From NCBI GenBank assembly GCA_964236955.1, contig CAXSGP010000002.1, forward strand, positions 56,038 through 120,037: a stretch of 64,000 bases of DNA, written 5' to 3'. The translations under genes and the position numbers were made by a program. The notes beneath the pieces were generated by a model that searched no databases, was not told the origin of the DNA, and was given only the letters and a program-made list of their open reading frames with translations. The stretch comes from an uncultured Oligoflexus sp. Lineage in GTDB: Bacteria; Bdellovibrionota_B; Oligoflexia; Oligoflexales; Oligoflexaceae. Below are positions 10,697 to 20,124 of the stretch, one piece after another (position 1 is the first letter of the stretch; each line of letters opens with the position of its first letter).

Positions 10697-11012
10697 GTGA
10701 GCTGCTGCACCTTTGACCGCCCAGGCACGGGCACCCTACATCAAGGAGGAAGGGCTATGGTTTTGTATATTCGCATCGCTTTGTCTTCATTCATAGCCCA
10801 AGGGCTTCCCCAAGACAATTCCAAGACCGTCGCTTCCCCTCCTCCCAATCCCGAGTTTGGGCAGGGCCCAAGACCGCGTCCCCGTGCCTACAGCGTCCAG
10901 GTTTTTGCAAACGGCTGAACCGCTCGTACAGTTCTTACGCAAACGTCTGCTGCACCATTGAAGGTCCAGCAACGTCGGCGCGGAATATTTTCTTTAACAA
11001 GGAGGTTTTCTC
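10697..11012 (+). other. Long structured 5' leader of flagellin with a possible 53-aa uORF (10757-10918)
   Basis: Nested complementary segments 10723-10731/10881-10889, 10744-10749/10838-10843 and 10752-10759/10792-10799; AAGGAGG SD before ATG 10757. Confidence 0.45.
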
Positions 11013-11927
11013 ATGGGTATCAGAGTCAAGACTAACGTTGAATCCTTAATCGCCCAAAAGCATCTCGGTACAAGTCGCGCGGAAGTCGCCTCGTCGATCG
11101 AACGCTTGTCGTCAGGCCAAAGAATCAATAAATCCTCCGATGATGCTGCGGGCTTAGCCGTATCGGAGCAGATTCGGGCCCGGCTCTCGACCATGGACGT
11201 AGCCAAGCGCAACGCCAACGACGGAATCAGCTATATTCAAGTTGCAGAGGGTGGCCTGAACGAAGCGACCAACGTCATGCTGCGCATGCGGCAGCTCGGA
11301 TCGCAGGCGGCGTCCGATACCATCGGCGCGAAGGAGAGGGGGTTTCTCGACAAGGAATTCCAGCAGCTCGCCCAAGAGGTGGGCCGCATCGTCAAGACGA
11401 CCGAATTTAACGGTCGTAAAGTCCTTGAGCCTGGTGGTAACGATGCCATGCGCATCTTTGTCGGCAGCAGCAACCGGGGCAATGTCAAGGGATCCGCCCC
11501 TGACGTCGATGCCGATAATGACCCGGACATCCTCACGCTCAATCTCAAGGATCTCGAGCAGCTCAGTAGCGCTCTTGATAAAGTTGTCAACGGCGGTCTC
11601 GCGGTGACGACCGATGGCGACGGTGGAGCTGCGGATCTCGGTCCAACTGGCACCGAAGGGCTTTTCAATGTTATTGATACCGCTGTGAATGAAGTCGCTT
11701 CCTATCGCGCTTCGCTCGGCTCGGTCCAATCCCGTCTGAATTCAGCGATTTCCAATATTGATGTGACCAACGAGAACCTGCAGGCCGCCAACAGCCGTAT
11801 TCGTGACGTCGACTTCGCTTCGGAAACCGCGCGCTTCACGCAAAACAAAATCCTTGAGCAGGCCGGCGCCTCCGTCCTTGCTCACGCCAACAGCGAACCG
11901 GAAATCGTTCTGCAGATGCTGCGCTAA
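11013..11927 (+). CDS. fliC: Flagellin
   Basis: ERLSSGQRINKSSDDAAGLA N-terminal domain and RASLGSVQSRL...SRIRDVDFASET C-terminal domain; AAGGAGG SD. Confidence 0.96.
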   Translation: MGIRVKTNVESLIAQKHLGTSRAEVASSIERLSSGQRINKSSDDAAGLAVSEQIRARLSTMDVAKRNANDGISYIQVAEGGLNEATNVMLRMRQLGSQAASDTIGAKERGFLDKEFQQLAQEVGRIVKTTEFNGRKVLEPGGNDAMRIFVGSSNRGNVKGSAPDVDADNDPDILTLNLKDLEQLSSALDKVVNGGLAVTTDGDGGAADLGPTGTEGLFNVIDTAVNEVASYRASLGSVQSRLNSAISNIDVTNENLQAANSRIRDVDFASETARFTQNKILEQAGASVLAHANSEPEIVLQMLR

Positions 11928-11945
11928 GCACGGCTCTTTGAGTAA

Positions 11946-11965
11946 GGGAGGCCGCAGGGCCTCCC
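11946..11965 (+). terminator. GC-rich hairpin after flagellin (no U-tract)
   Basis: GGGAGGCC-GCAG-GGCCTCCC. Confidence 0.45.
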
Positions 11966-12135
11966 CTCAAGCGAAACGAGGCTGGCAAGATCTGGATTTC
12001 GGCCTTCTAGATATTTCCTCGGCGACAATGATATACTGGCCTATACTATGGCTAGGTTCCTCTTTGTGCTGCGGATGGGAAAGTCTGAACAAAAGCAGGC
12101 TGAGGCGGGTCGGTCGACCGAAAGGGAATATCCAG

Positions 12136-12822
12136 TTGCGATACGTACTTCTTATTCTATTCTTACTCAACCTGCTCCTAGCGGGCCAGGTGGCATGGGC
12201 AAATCCTGCCGACTACACCATCCTTGGCGTGATAACCAGTAACAAGGATAAAAAAGGTGTAGCCCTCATCAAGACCAAATCCAACGGCAAGGTCAGCGCT
12301 TTCAAAGAGGGCGATGAGGTTGTCAAGGGCACTCGTATTAAAAGCATCCTTCGCAAGACAGTGACGTTTTCCTTTGAGAAAAAATTCTATGAACTTTCGG
12401 TGGGCGAGGATAACCCTAAAGAAGTAAAAGGGGAGGGCGATCGTGAACGTTCCATCGCCTCAAATCTCAACAACGCCCAGGGCATCGAAAAGTCCGGCGA
12501 CACGCTAAAGGTATCGCGCGCGTTAAAAGACAGTCTCGCCACTGGCGAGGGTTTGAATAAGATACTGATGCAGGCGGCCACCATCCCCTATGTGGAAAAC
12601 GGCAAACTCCTGGGCTTTCGTATCCTTGAGATTGATCCAGGCAGCATCTACGATGTCGCCGGCTTTCAGAACGGTGACGTTATCACTCATATTAATGAGC
12701 AGCCCATCAACGATGCAGGGCTGGCGCTAAGGGCTTTGAGTTCGCTTAAAACGGCATCATCAGCGACATTCAATTATCTACGGGGTTCAATGCCGATGAC
12801 TCTTACGATAGAAATCAAATGA
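12136..12822 (+). CDS. GspC/PulC-like exported protein with C-terminal PDZ domain
   Basis: TTG start after AAAGGGA; signal/TM helix; HR-like region (ILGVI...VALIK...FKEGDEV); PDZ (GFRILEIDPGSIYDVAGFQNGDVITHINEQPI). Confidence 0.75.
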   Translation: MRYVLLILFLLNLLLAGQVAWANPADYTILGVITSNKDKKGVALIKTKSNGKVSAFKEGDEVVKGTRIKSILRKTVTFSFEKKFYELSVGEDNPKEVKGEGDRERSIASNLNNAQGIEKSGDTLKVSRALKDSLATGEGLNKILMQAATIPYVENGKLLGFRILEIDPGSIYDVAGFQNGDVITHINEQPINDAGLALRALSSLKTASSATFNYLRGSMPMTLTIEIK

Positions 12823-13220
12823 ACGACTCGCATCTAAGTGTCGAACGCTGGATCAAGCCCGCATTTCATGCAAAAATGCCTGCGGTCGGGCCGAAGCTTC
12901 TTCGCCTGAGCAGCACCTCCAGAACCTGTTGGCGAGGGCTTGAACGTTCGGCTTGGTCCTTGCCCATACGACCTGCCAGCATCCGCCGCTACGTCTTTCA
13001 ACATTGGAAAGAATTTTCCAGGAGTCGTGTCGAGGATCGAACGATTAAGGCCACCTTTAAAGCGGCCACCGGAAGAGGTCGTGCCCTTGATATTAAGCTC
13101 TTCGGTTGCGATGAACCGAGCTTTCCTTATAAGGTTCACAGGTGCCGCTTCCAAGGCCCTACAATCATCCCCAAAGCCAAGCCGAGTTTGAGGCCGAGCC
13201 TCAAGTCGTAAGCTCAAGTT

Positions 13221-14870
13221 CTAACCGCGCAAATCTTTACGCAGTATCTTACCTACATTGGACTTGGGTAGATCGTTGACAAAGGCATAATGGCGAGGAC
13301 GTTTATAGCCAGTCAATTCTTTTTCGCAGAAGGCTTTGAGTTCAGCCTCGCTAAGACTTGCATCCTTTTTTACCACGAATGCCTTCACCGCCTCTCCACT
13401 GTGGGCATCGGGAACCCCAATAACGGCAACTTCCAATACCTTGGGATTGCTCATGATCACATTTTCCACTTCATTGGGGTAAACGTTGAATCCGGAGACT
13501 AAAACCATGTCCTTCTTGCGATCGACGATAAAGAAAAGGCCTTTTTCATCCATCCTGGCAATGTCACCCGTAAAGAGCCAGCCATCTCGTATGGATGCCG
13601 CCGTTTCCTTTTCGTTTTGCCAATAGCCGGCCATGATCTGGGGGCCCTTAATCGCTAGCTCTCCCACTTCGCCTAGGCCAAGCGTTTTGCCGGCATCGTC
13701 GCGGATTTCCGCAAAGGTCGACGGCAGGGGCACACCGATAGAACCGTAGGGAATATTGAGATGAATCGGATTGCAATGGGTCACGGGCGAAGCTTCGGTC
13801 AGGCCATAGCCCTCGACGACCCGAGTGCCGGTCAGGCGTTGGAATTCCTCGCCAACTGTCGACTGCAGGGCCATGCCGCCGGCCAGCGCAAATTTTAAAG
13901 TCTTGGGAGGATTGGCTTTGAATGCGGCGTTGTTATTCATCGCGTTATAAAGCGTATTGATCCCCGTCATCACTGTAATTCTATACTTGCTGAAAAGTTT
14001 GACCGTGTTCTCGATCGGCACGGGCTTCGGCACGAGTAGCATCTCGCCGCCAAGCGTAAGGAAGGCCAAAAAGTTCACTGTCAAAGCAAAGATGTGATAG
14101 AGGGGAAGGGCGGTGAGAATGACTTCTTCACCATCGATCACATAGGGGCTGGCCCAGGCCTGAATCTGCTTCACGTTGGCGATGATATTTCTATGGGTCA
14201 GCATTGCGCCTTTAGAGAGGCCCGTCGTACCGCCTGTATACTGCAGGATCGCAATATCATCGAGACCGACCTTGGGCTTTTTATAGGACTTGCCCGCGCC
14301 GGCACTGAGTGCGCTCTTAAAGGGCTTTACTTTAAGGCCATGTTTGGGAACCTGACCTTTCACCTTGAGCACAGTGTCGACCAGAAGGCCCTTCCAGGCA
14401 GGCATCTGATCGCCGATGCTGGTGACGATCACCGTTTCAATCTGCGTATCTTTGATGATCTCTTCAAGCTTATCGACGAAAAGATTCAAAATCACCAATA
14501 CTTTGGCCCCGGAATCGGCAAACTGATGCTTCATTTCACGGGGCGTATAGAGAGGATTGGTGTTGACGCAAATCGCTCCAATTTTCGTCGCCGCAAAAAG
14601 CGCAATGGGAAACTGAATGATATTCGGCAGCATGATGGCTATGCGATCGCCTTTGGAAAGTTTCGCATCCGTTTGCAAATAGGCGGCAAAATCATTGGAA
14701 AGGCGCTCAAATTGCTGAAACGAAATGCTCGTTCCCATGCAGGTGAGGGCTTTCTTAGCCGCATACTTTTTACAGGTGTCCTCTATCAATGAAGCCACCG
14801 TCGTGCCTTCGGAAATAGAGATAGTGGGACCAACTTTATCGGGATACTGCTTCAACCAAGCGTGACTCAT
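13221..14870 (-). CDS. fadD: Long-chain-fatty-acid--CoA ligase
   Basis: QYTGGTTGLSKGAMLTHRN, EGYGLTEASP, TGDIA, DRKKDM, PKSNVGKILR; start taken at MSHAW. Confidence 0.9.
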   Translation of the reverse strand: MSHAWLKQYPDKVGPTISISEGTTVASLIEDTCKKYAAKKALTCMGTSISFQQFERLSNDFAAYLQTDAKLSKGDRIAIMLPNIIQFPIALFAATKIGAICVNTNPLYTPREMKHQFADSGAKVLVILNLFVDKLEEIIKDTQIETVIVTSIGDQMPAWKGLLVDTVLKVKGQVPKHGLKVKPFKSALSAGAGKSYKKPKVGLDDIAILQYTGGTTGLSKGAMLTHRNIIANVKQIQAWASPYVIDGEEVILTALPLYHIFALTVNFLAFLTLGGEMLLVPKPVPIENTVKLFSKYRITVMTGINTLYNAMNNNAAFKANPPKTLKFALAGGMALQSTVGEEFQRLTGTRVVEGYGLTEASPVTHCNPIHLNIPYGSIGVPLPSTFAEIRDDAGKTLGLGEVGELAIKGPQIMAGYWQNEKETAASIRDGWLFTGDIARMDEKGLFFIVDRKKDMVLVSGFNVYPNEVENVIMSNPKVLEVAVIGVPDAHSGEAVKAFVVKKDASLSEAELKAFCEKELTGYKRPRHYAFVNDLPKSNVGKILRKDLRG

Positions 14871-14977
14871 GATCACACACCTCCAAGCCACTTTTCCGCA
14901 TATTGCGTATCTAGGATAGCTTCACTTTTTTAGGGTCTTTTCGTGAAGAAAGTGCGAATATACTCTGGTCTGTCCCC

Positions 14978-15520
14978 TTGAGCCAGCTAAAAGAGAGGCT
15001 CCTAGTGTTTGCCTTCGACGCCAAAGAATTAAACTCCATCCTTGTCAAGGTTCACGAGACTTGCCTGCAACGTAAACTCACGCTCGTTACGGCCGAGAGC
15101 TGCACCGGTGGATTACTCAGCGCCATCCTGAGTTCGAAAAGTGGAAGTTCGGCCTATTTTTCCGGCGGCGTCTGTTCGTATTCTAACGAACTTAAAACTA
15201 AGCTCCTCAATGTTCCGGCTGCCGTCATCGCCGAGGCGGGAGCCGTCTCTGAGCTGGTGGCAAAATTGATGGCGGAAGGGGCGCGGGCTTTTTCCGGAGC
15301 AGACTTTGGCATCTCCATTACTGGCATCGCCGGCCCCGGAGGCGCCACTCCCGGCAAAGCCGTTGGCACGGTTTACTGTGCCTGGGCCATGGACAAATCC
15401 ACTGAGGTTGAACGGCTTCAACTGCATGGGGATCGCGATTCCATACGGGCACAAACGTGCCTTATTGCACTAGCCGGGCTCTATTCACGTATTTTAACGA
15501 ATTCCGAGGAGGTCCCTTGA
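14978..15520 (+). CDS. CinA C-terminal domain protein (PncC-type NMN deamidase)
   Basis: TAESCTGGL, SGSSAYF, YSNELK, GAVSE, ITGIAGPGG. Confidence 0.9.
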   Translation: MSQLKERLLVFAFDAKELNSILVKVHETCLQRKLTLVTAESCTGGLLSAILSSKSGSSAYFSGGVCSYSNELKTKLLNVPAAVIAEAGAVSELVAKLMAEGARAFSGADFGISITGIAGPGGATPGKAVGTVYCAWAMDKSTEVERLQLHGDRDSIRAQTCLIALAGLYSRILTNSEEVP

Positions 15521-16164
15521 AACGTCGCCTTATTTTGCTGGCCGCCCTAGCCTGTCTGACAACCGCGAAAGCCCGGGGGGCCGAGCCGACTGAAACCAAG
15601 TATGATCAGATTTTTTCATCGATCGATAATCTTAGCGTCGACTTCACCCAGACCACTTATAAAAAACTCAGAAATAAAAGCAACGTCCGGCAGGGCGATG
15701 CCCTATTTTCCAAGCCTGGGATGTTTCGCTGGAACTTCACCAATGATAAGGCCGGCCTGGAAGAGTACTACTTTAATGGCGAAACCCTGACCCACTATCG
15801 TGATAAAGAAAATCTGGTGAATCATTATAATACCAATGCCGGCTTAGCGCGCGAGCTCAAGGAGGTCGTGACTCTGGTCCTCGATCCCAAGGCTCTCTTC
15901 AGTCGCTATAAGGTAAAAGACAGCAAGACGAACAATCAAAAAACCACAGTGACTCTGGAACCACGCTCCAAGGAAGGCACCGACATTGAGACGATCAATG
16001 TGCAGGTGGAAGACGAGCAGAAATATGTAGAGGACGTCCAAATCTTCTATAATGATGGAAACAATACCCGTTTTTCCTTTAAGAATCCAAAAAAGACCCG
16101 GAACGATCCCGCCGTGTTTACCTTTAGCCGTAAGGGTAATTTCACCGTGAGGCACCACGGCTGA
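15517..16164 (+). CDS. lolA: Outer-membrane lipoprotein carrier LolA-family protein
   Basis: GAGGAGG SD and TTG start overlapping the cinA stop; signal peptide; DFTQ, KPGMFRW and F-x-F C-terminal motifs. Confidence 0.8.
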   Translation: MKRRLILLAALACLTTAKARGAEPTETKYDQIFSSIDNLSVDFTQTTYKKLRNKSNVRQGDALFSKPGMFRWNFTNDKAGLEEYYFNGETLTHYRDKENLVNHYNTNAGLARELKEVVTLVLDPKALFSRYKVKDSKTNNQKTTVTLEPRSKEGTDIETINVQVEDEQKYVEDVQIFYNDGNNTRFSFKNPKKTRNDPAVFTFSRKGNFTVRHHG

Positions 16165-16174
16165 CCAGAATATC

Positions 16175-16196
16175 GGCAGCAGCTGTCGCTGCTGCC
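16175..16196 (+). terminator. Hairpin after lolA
   Basis: GGCAGCAGC-TGTC-GCTGCTGCC; weak U-tract. Confidence 0.45.
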
Positions 16197-16239
16197 CTCA
16201 CCCTTTCCTATCCTCCCGTAACCTAACTCCTATTGAGTG

Positions 16240-16267
16240 TAAAGTTTTTGGCCGCACCTGCCGATAA
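16240..16267 (+). promoter_or_regulatory. Sigma-28 (FliA)-type promoter
   Basis: TAAAGTTT-N12-GCCGATAA, both boxes match consensus, about 50 nt upstream of ATG 16317. Confidence 0.72.
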
Positions 16268-16316
16268 GCTTTGCATATGCGAGGTATTTGGACACTCGCC
16301 TTGGGGAGAGCCTCTT

Positions 16317-17876
16317 ATGTCTCAGGAAACGGTACGTTGGGAAGACTTCGATAAGATGCACGTCATCAGAAAGCTCAAGGAGATAGTGGGTAAGTGGTGG
16401 AAGGTGCAAATCAACTTCACGGACAAGCGTGGTTTTTTACGCGGCGTTCCGGAAGGGAAATTTTTTAATCCGCTCAACCCTATCTGTCAGGCGATCGTCG
16501 CCGACGAAAAAGGCTTTGGGAAGCGGGTGACCACGGCCCGGCAGACTACGGTGGAATCGGTCAATGCCAAGAGCGCGCGCATTACTCAGGACGTCACAGG
16601 ATTTTCGGTTATTTCCGTACCGATCCACGTCAACGGCGATTTCTTCGGAACGGTGTTTGGCGATGGCTTCATCTGTGAAGACAGTGCCGCCGCGCAAAAG
16701 ACCCTGATCAAGGAATATCTGGAACGCGATTTCCCGAACCGCAAAGATCTCCTTGGCAAGATCGATGCCCTGCCCGTCCTATCGTCAAGTGAACTGCACT
16801 ACCTGACCGAGCTCATCATTCTCGTCGTTGATGAGATTCTGATCATGCATAAAAATCTCTATGATGAGAAGAGTAAGGTCAGCGAACTCTCGAAAGAGCT
16901 AGGGCAGCGTTATGGCTTCGATCGCATGATCGGAAAATCGATGGCCATGCAGGATCTCTATCGCCTCCTCGAAAAAATCTGCGACTCGGAAACGACGGTC
17001 CTTATCCAAGGCGAAAACGGAACGGGTAAGGAATTGATCGCCAAAGCCCTGCACTACAATTCGAAGCGTAAGAATAAGCGTTTCCTCGTGGTGAACTGCG
17101 GAGCTTTCAACGACAATCTCCTTGAATCCGAACTCTTCGGCCACGTTAAGGGCGCCTTCACGGGGGCTATCAAAGACAAAAAGGGTATGTTCGAAGCTGC
17201 CGACGGCGGCACTCTTTTCCTCGATGAGATCGGCGATACCACTCCGCAGATGCAGGTCAAGCTCCTTCGCGTTCTCCAGGAAGGAACCTTTACGCCCGTC
17301 GGTAGCACCGAGGTTAGACGCTGTCAGGTCAGAACCTTGGCGGCCACCAACAAAAACCTCCTGCAGATGGTGTCGACCGGCGACTTCCGCGAGGATCTTT
17401 ACTACCGCCTGAACGTCATCAACGTTGCGGTACCAAGCCTTCGCGATCGCAAAGATGATATTCCCCTCCTCCTCGAGCACTTTCTGAACCGCTATGCAAA
17501 AACCAGCGGCGCTCCCAAAAAAAATATCGCCAAGGATTGCCTGGAACGATTGATGGACCATGAGTGGCCGGGGAACGTTCGGGAACTCGAGAACGAAGTG
17601 GAACGTCTCTGCGTTCTCGCCGGAGAAGACAAAGAATTGCCAGAGGATCTCCTGTCGGCCCGAATCAAAGAAAGCACCAAAAAGAAATTCCCAGGTCTTC
17701 GCATCAGCGGCAACCTCAAGGATTCGCTCGAAGACATGGAAAAGGTCATGATACTCGAAGGCTTGGAAAGAAACGGTTGGAACAAGTCGCGGCTTGCCAA
17801 GGAATTGGGAATCAGTCGCGCCGGGCTCATCACCAAAGTTCAGAAGTATGGTCTTGAAAAACGAAAAATAAGCTAA
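16317..17876 (+). CDS. Sigma-54-dependent transcriptional activator with PocR-like N-terminal sensor
   Basis: [36 protein letters not shown], Fis-type HTH; N-terminal [15 protein letters not shown] resembles PocR. Confidence 0.9.
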   Translation: MSQETVRWEDFDKMHVIRKLKEIVGKWWKVQINFTDKRGFLRGVPEGKFFNPLNPICQAIVADEKGFGKRVTTARQTTVESVNAKSARITQDVTGFSVISVPIHVNGDFFGTVFGDGFICEDSAAAQKTLIKEYLERDFPNRKDLLGKIDALPVLSSSELHYLTELIILVVDEILIMHKNLYDEKSKVSELSKELGQRYGFDRMIGKSMAMQDLYRLLEKICDSETTVLIQGENGTGKELIAKALHYNSKRKNKRFLVVNCGAFNDNLLESELFGHVKGAFTGAIKDKKGMFEAADGGTLFLDEIGDTTPQMQVKLLRVLQEGTFTPVGSTEVRRCQVRTLAATNKNLLQMVSTGDFREDLYYRLNVINVAVPSLRDRKDDIPLLLEHFLNRYAKTSGAPKKNIAKDCLERLMDHEWPGNVRELENEVERLCVLAGEDKELPEDLLSARIKESTKKKFPGLRISGNLKDSLEDMEKVMILEGLERNGWNKSRLAKELGISRAGLITKVQKYGLEKRKIS

Positions 17877-17912
17877 TTCGTAATTTCCACCCCAACAATC
17901 AAGGATGATTCC

Positions 17913-18218
17913 ATGGCCCTTAAGCTTTTTGCCAAAACAGCTGAAACAGAAGTTCAAGTCGATCAGGATTCACGTGTGGCCCGTCTCGAAAAACACGTCG
18001 AGGATATGACTTTGGAAATGGGCAAATTAAAGACCGAAGTTGATACGATGGTCGCCCGACAGCAGGGCTTTCGCCTGGCTTTGCGCCGTCTGCGTGAGTA
18101 TCTCGAGGAAAGAGGCATTCAGGAACGTACAACGGCCGAAGTGAAAGAAGACGAAAGAGCCGCTTCAAACGTGCCCGCGGCAGCAAACACGAGAAAAGAC
18201 AAGACAGGTCTTCACTGA
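17913..18218 (+). CDS. Hypothetical coiled-coil protein
   Basis: AAGGA SD; heptad-like charged sequence; convergent 7-nt overlap with the next gene. Confidence 0.6.
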   Translation: MALKLFAKTAETEVQVDQDSRVARLEKHVEDMTLEMGKLKTEVDTMVARQQGFRLALRRLREYLEERGIQERTTAEVKEDERAASNVPAAANTRKDKTGLH

Positions 18219-19264
18219 TCCCTCAATGCTTCAACCGCTCTGAATTCTGCTTCCAAAGCTTGCATTTGCTCCTGGCCGTTAAGCTTAGTCAGCTCTTCAA
18301 AGAAAGACTGGGCTTCGGCCAGCGACAACTCAGCTCCCTGACCATAAAAGGTCGACACATGAAAAATCTGAAAATCCTTAATCTTTAAGCTCATGGCAAT
18401 CAAAGCAGCCTGCCGCGTGGTCAAATGCGCCTTCGCCACCGCCCGCGATCGATCCTGATCGAGAAAACTGCTCTCACAGATCATCCGCTCCGCTTGCCCA
18501 AAGCCGTTCTGAAGGCTCTTTAGATTCGTTCGGTCAAAACTAAGGTCGGTGAGATAAACCAGGGATTCACCCCATTCGCGGCGCATGAGTTTGCCCGCCA
18601 ATTCATGGGCGTTAAAGGCCTTGCCATCGATCAGCAAGGGCTCATCTAACTGATCATGCCTGACCCTATGCTGCAGCTGGCTGATCCAAGGTCCACTGCC
18701 GAGCCCGAGGCCCGGCAATTCTTCCTGCAAAAACCGTATTTTATCGGGACTGCGAATTCTATAGGCCAGAGATGGAATGCCGTTGTGATCGAGAGCGACA
18801 CAGGACACGACCGAACTATCGCCGAGAACCGCGAGTTTAACGATACTTGAGACCGTCTTATCGAGATGGACGTCAAAACCATCAGTATTGCTAAGGAGTC
18901 CCGTGAGCACCGAACCATCGGGTCTGACTTCATGGACTTCAAAGCGCAGCTGATCGGGCTCAATCAGATTCCACGCGTAGCCGCGCAGCTTCGCCTGCAC
19001 GCGTTCGAAAAATGGGGCCGGCCCCCAGATTTTCAGGAGACGCTTGTGCGGAATGTTAACGCGTAACCAGCGGTCAAATCCTATGAAATGATCCATGTGG
19101 GTGTGCGATACGAATACGTGCCGCACCTTCATCAGCTCCTTTTGCGGCAATTGATCGAGCATTCCGAGGTCCAGGAGAAACGCCTCACCGCTGCTGCGCA
19201 TGAAAGCGAATACAGCCGGATCACCCTGCAGGCCGTTGAGAATTTCCAATTGCATATCACTCAT
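18212..19264 (-). CDS. Ribonuclease Z-like MBL-fold metallohydrolase
   Basis: SHTHMDHFIGFD, LDHNG, YLTD, AHLT, FHVS; GxGPW exosite-like segment. Confidence 0.75.
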   Translation of the reverse strand: MSDMQLEILNGLQGDPAVFAFMRSSGEAFLLDLGMLDQLPQKELMKVRHVFVSHTHMDHFIGFDRWLRVNIPHKRLLKIWGPAPFFERVQAKLRGYAWNLIEPDQLRFEVHEVRPDGSVLTGLLSNTDGFDVHLDKTVSSIVKLAVLGDSSVVSCVALDHNGIPSLAYRIRSPDKIRFLQEELPGLGLGSGPWISQLQHRVRHDQLDEPLLIDGKAFNAHELAGKLMRREWGESLVYLTDLSFDRTNLKSLQNGFGQAERMICESSFLDQDRSRAVAKAHLTTRQAALIAMSLKIKDFQIFHVSTFYGQGAELSLAEAQSFFEELTKLNGQEQMQALEAEFRAVEALRDQ

Positions 19265-20123
19265 AAATTTCGGGGCGCCTATTGCTGAGAGCAGGCAAAC
19301 GCGCCCGTACGGCTGCGATGCGTTCCAGACTTATTTCGGCCAGAGCCACGCCAGGCGTTCCCCCTGTATTCGCCAGCACATAGCCCCAGGGATCAACGAT
19401 CATCGCATGACCATAGCAGCTCTTACCCGGAGCGCTCTCTCCAACTTGATTCGAGGCAAAGACATAGGCCTGCTGCTCGATAGCGCGCGCCCGAAGCAGG
19501 ACCTCCCAATGATCCATTCCCGTTTGCGTGGTAAACGCTGAGGGCAAAAGTATCACGTCAAGCGGCTTATCTTTAGCCAGGCGCTCATAGAGGCGAGGAA
19601 AACGCAGGTCATAACAAATCGAAAGACCCACGTTATAGCCTTCGATCTCGAGCGTCACGAGCTGGTTGCCGCTGAGAAATCCGTCGGATTCGCAGTAGAG
19701 GGGCCTACCGCCCGGATCCATCAGATTGAAAGGATGGGTCTTGCGATATTTAGCAAGTTTTTGCCCATCTCGGCCAAAGACAAAGGAGCTGTTGTAGACC
19801 CGCTTTAAGCCCGTGCGGCCATCAGGCCCCACCGCCTCATCCGGCCGAGGTCGTTCGCCAAAGCTGCCCGCAAAAAGGACGATCGAAAGTTCTTTGGCCA
19901 CATGGGAAAGGGTCTTCACCAAAGGCCCGTCCTCCTCCTCCCCATTTGCATAGATAGCATCATAGGGACCAATATAGGTGAAGACTTCAGGCAGGAGCAC
20001 CCAGTCGGCACCCCTCGCCGCGGCTTCACGCACCCACGCCAGGGCATCTTTTACATTTTGAGTCTTGTCGGCCCCGCTTGTCATACAGACCGTGGCCAGC
20101 CTTAGTTTTTTAGACACTGACAT
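19257..20123 (-). CDS. Carbon-nitrogen hydrolase (Nit1/YbeM-like)
   Basis: E-K-C triad (LPEVF, YRK, ICYDLRFP), HWEVLLRARAIE, GHAMIVDPWG; start at MSVSKK just after the pyrB stop. Confidence 0.88.
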   Translation of the reverse strand: MSVSKKLRLATVCMTSGADKTQNVKDALAWVREAAARGADWVLLPEVFTYIGPYDAIYANGEEEDGPLVKTLSHVAKELSIVLFAGSFGERPRPDEAVGPDGRTGLKRVYNSSFVFGRDGQKLAKYRKTHPFNLMDPGGRPLYCESDGFLSGNQLVTLEIEGYNVGLSICYDLRFPRLYERLAKDKPLDVILLPSAFTTQTGMDHWEVLLRARAIEQQAYVFASNQVGESAPGKSCYGHAMIVDPWGYVLANTGGTPGVALAEISLERIAAVRARLPALSNRRPEIYE

Positions 20124-20124
20124 A

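Noticed and set aside
10905..10975. GCAAAC...ACGCAAAC resembling a c-di-GMP-I riboswitch upstream of flagellin
   Set aside because: No clear P2 stem with GNRA tetraloop and no tetraloop receptor; spacing too long. An Rfam scan would settle it.
11803..12135. N-terminal extension of the GspC-like ORF
   Set aside because: Overlaps flagellin and its hairpin; SD and signal peptide support TTG 12136
12834..13217. 127-aa minus-strand ORF with CMKC, plus overlapping plus-strand ORFs
   Set aside because: No clear SD, only one CxxC and no family motif; cannot be distinguished from intergenic sequence
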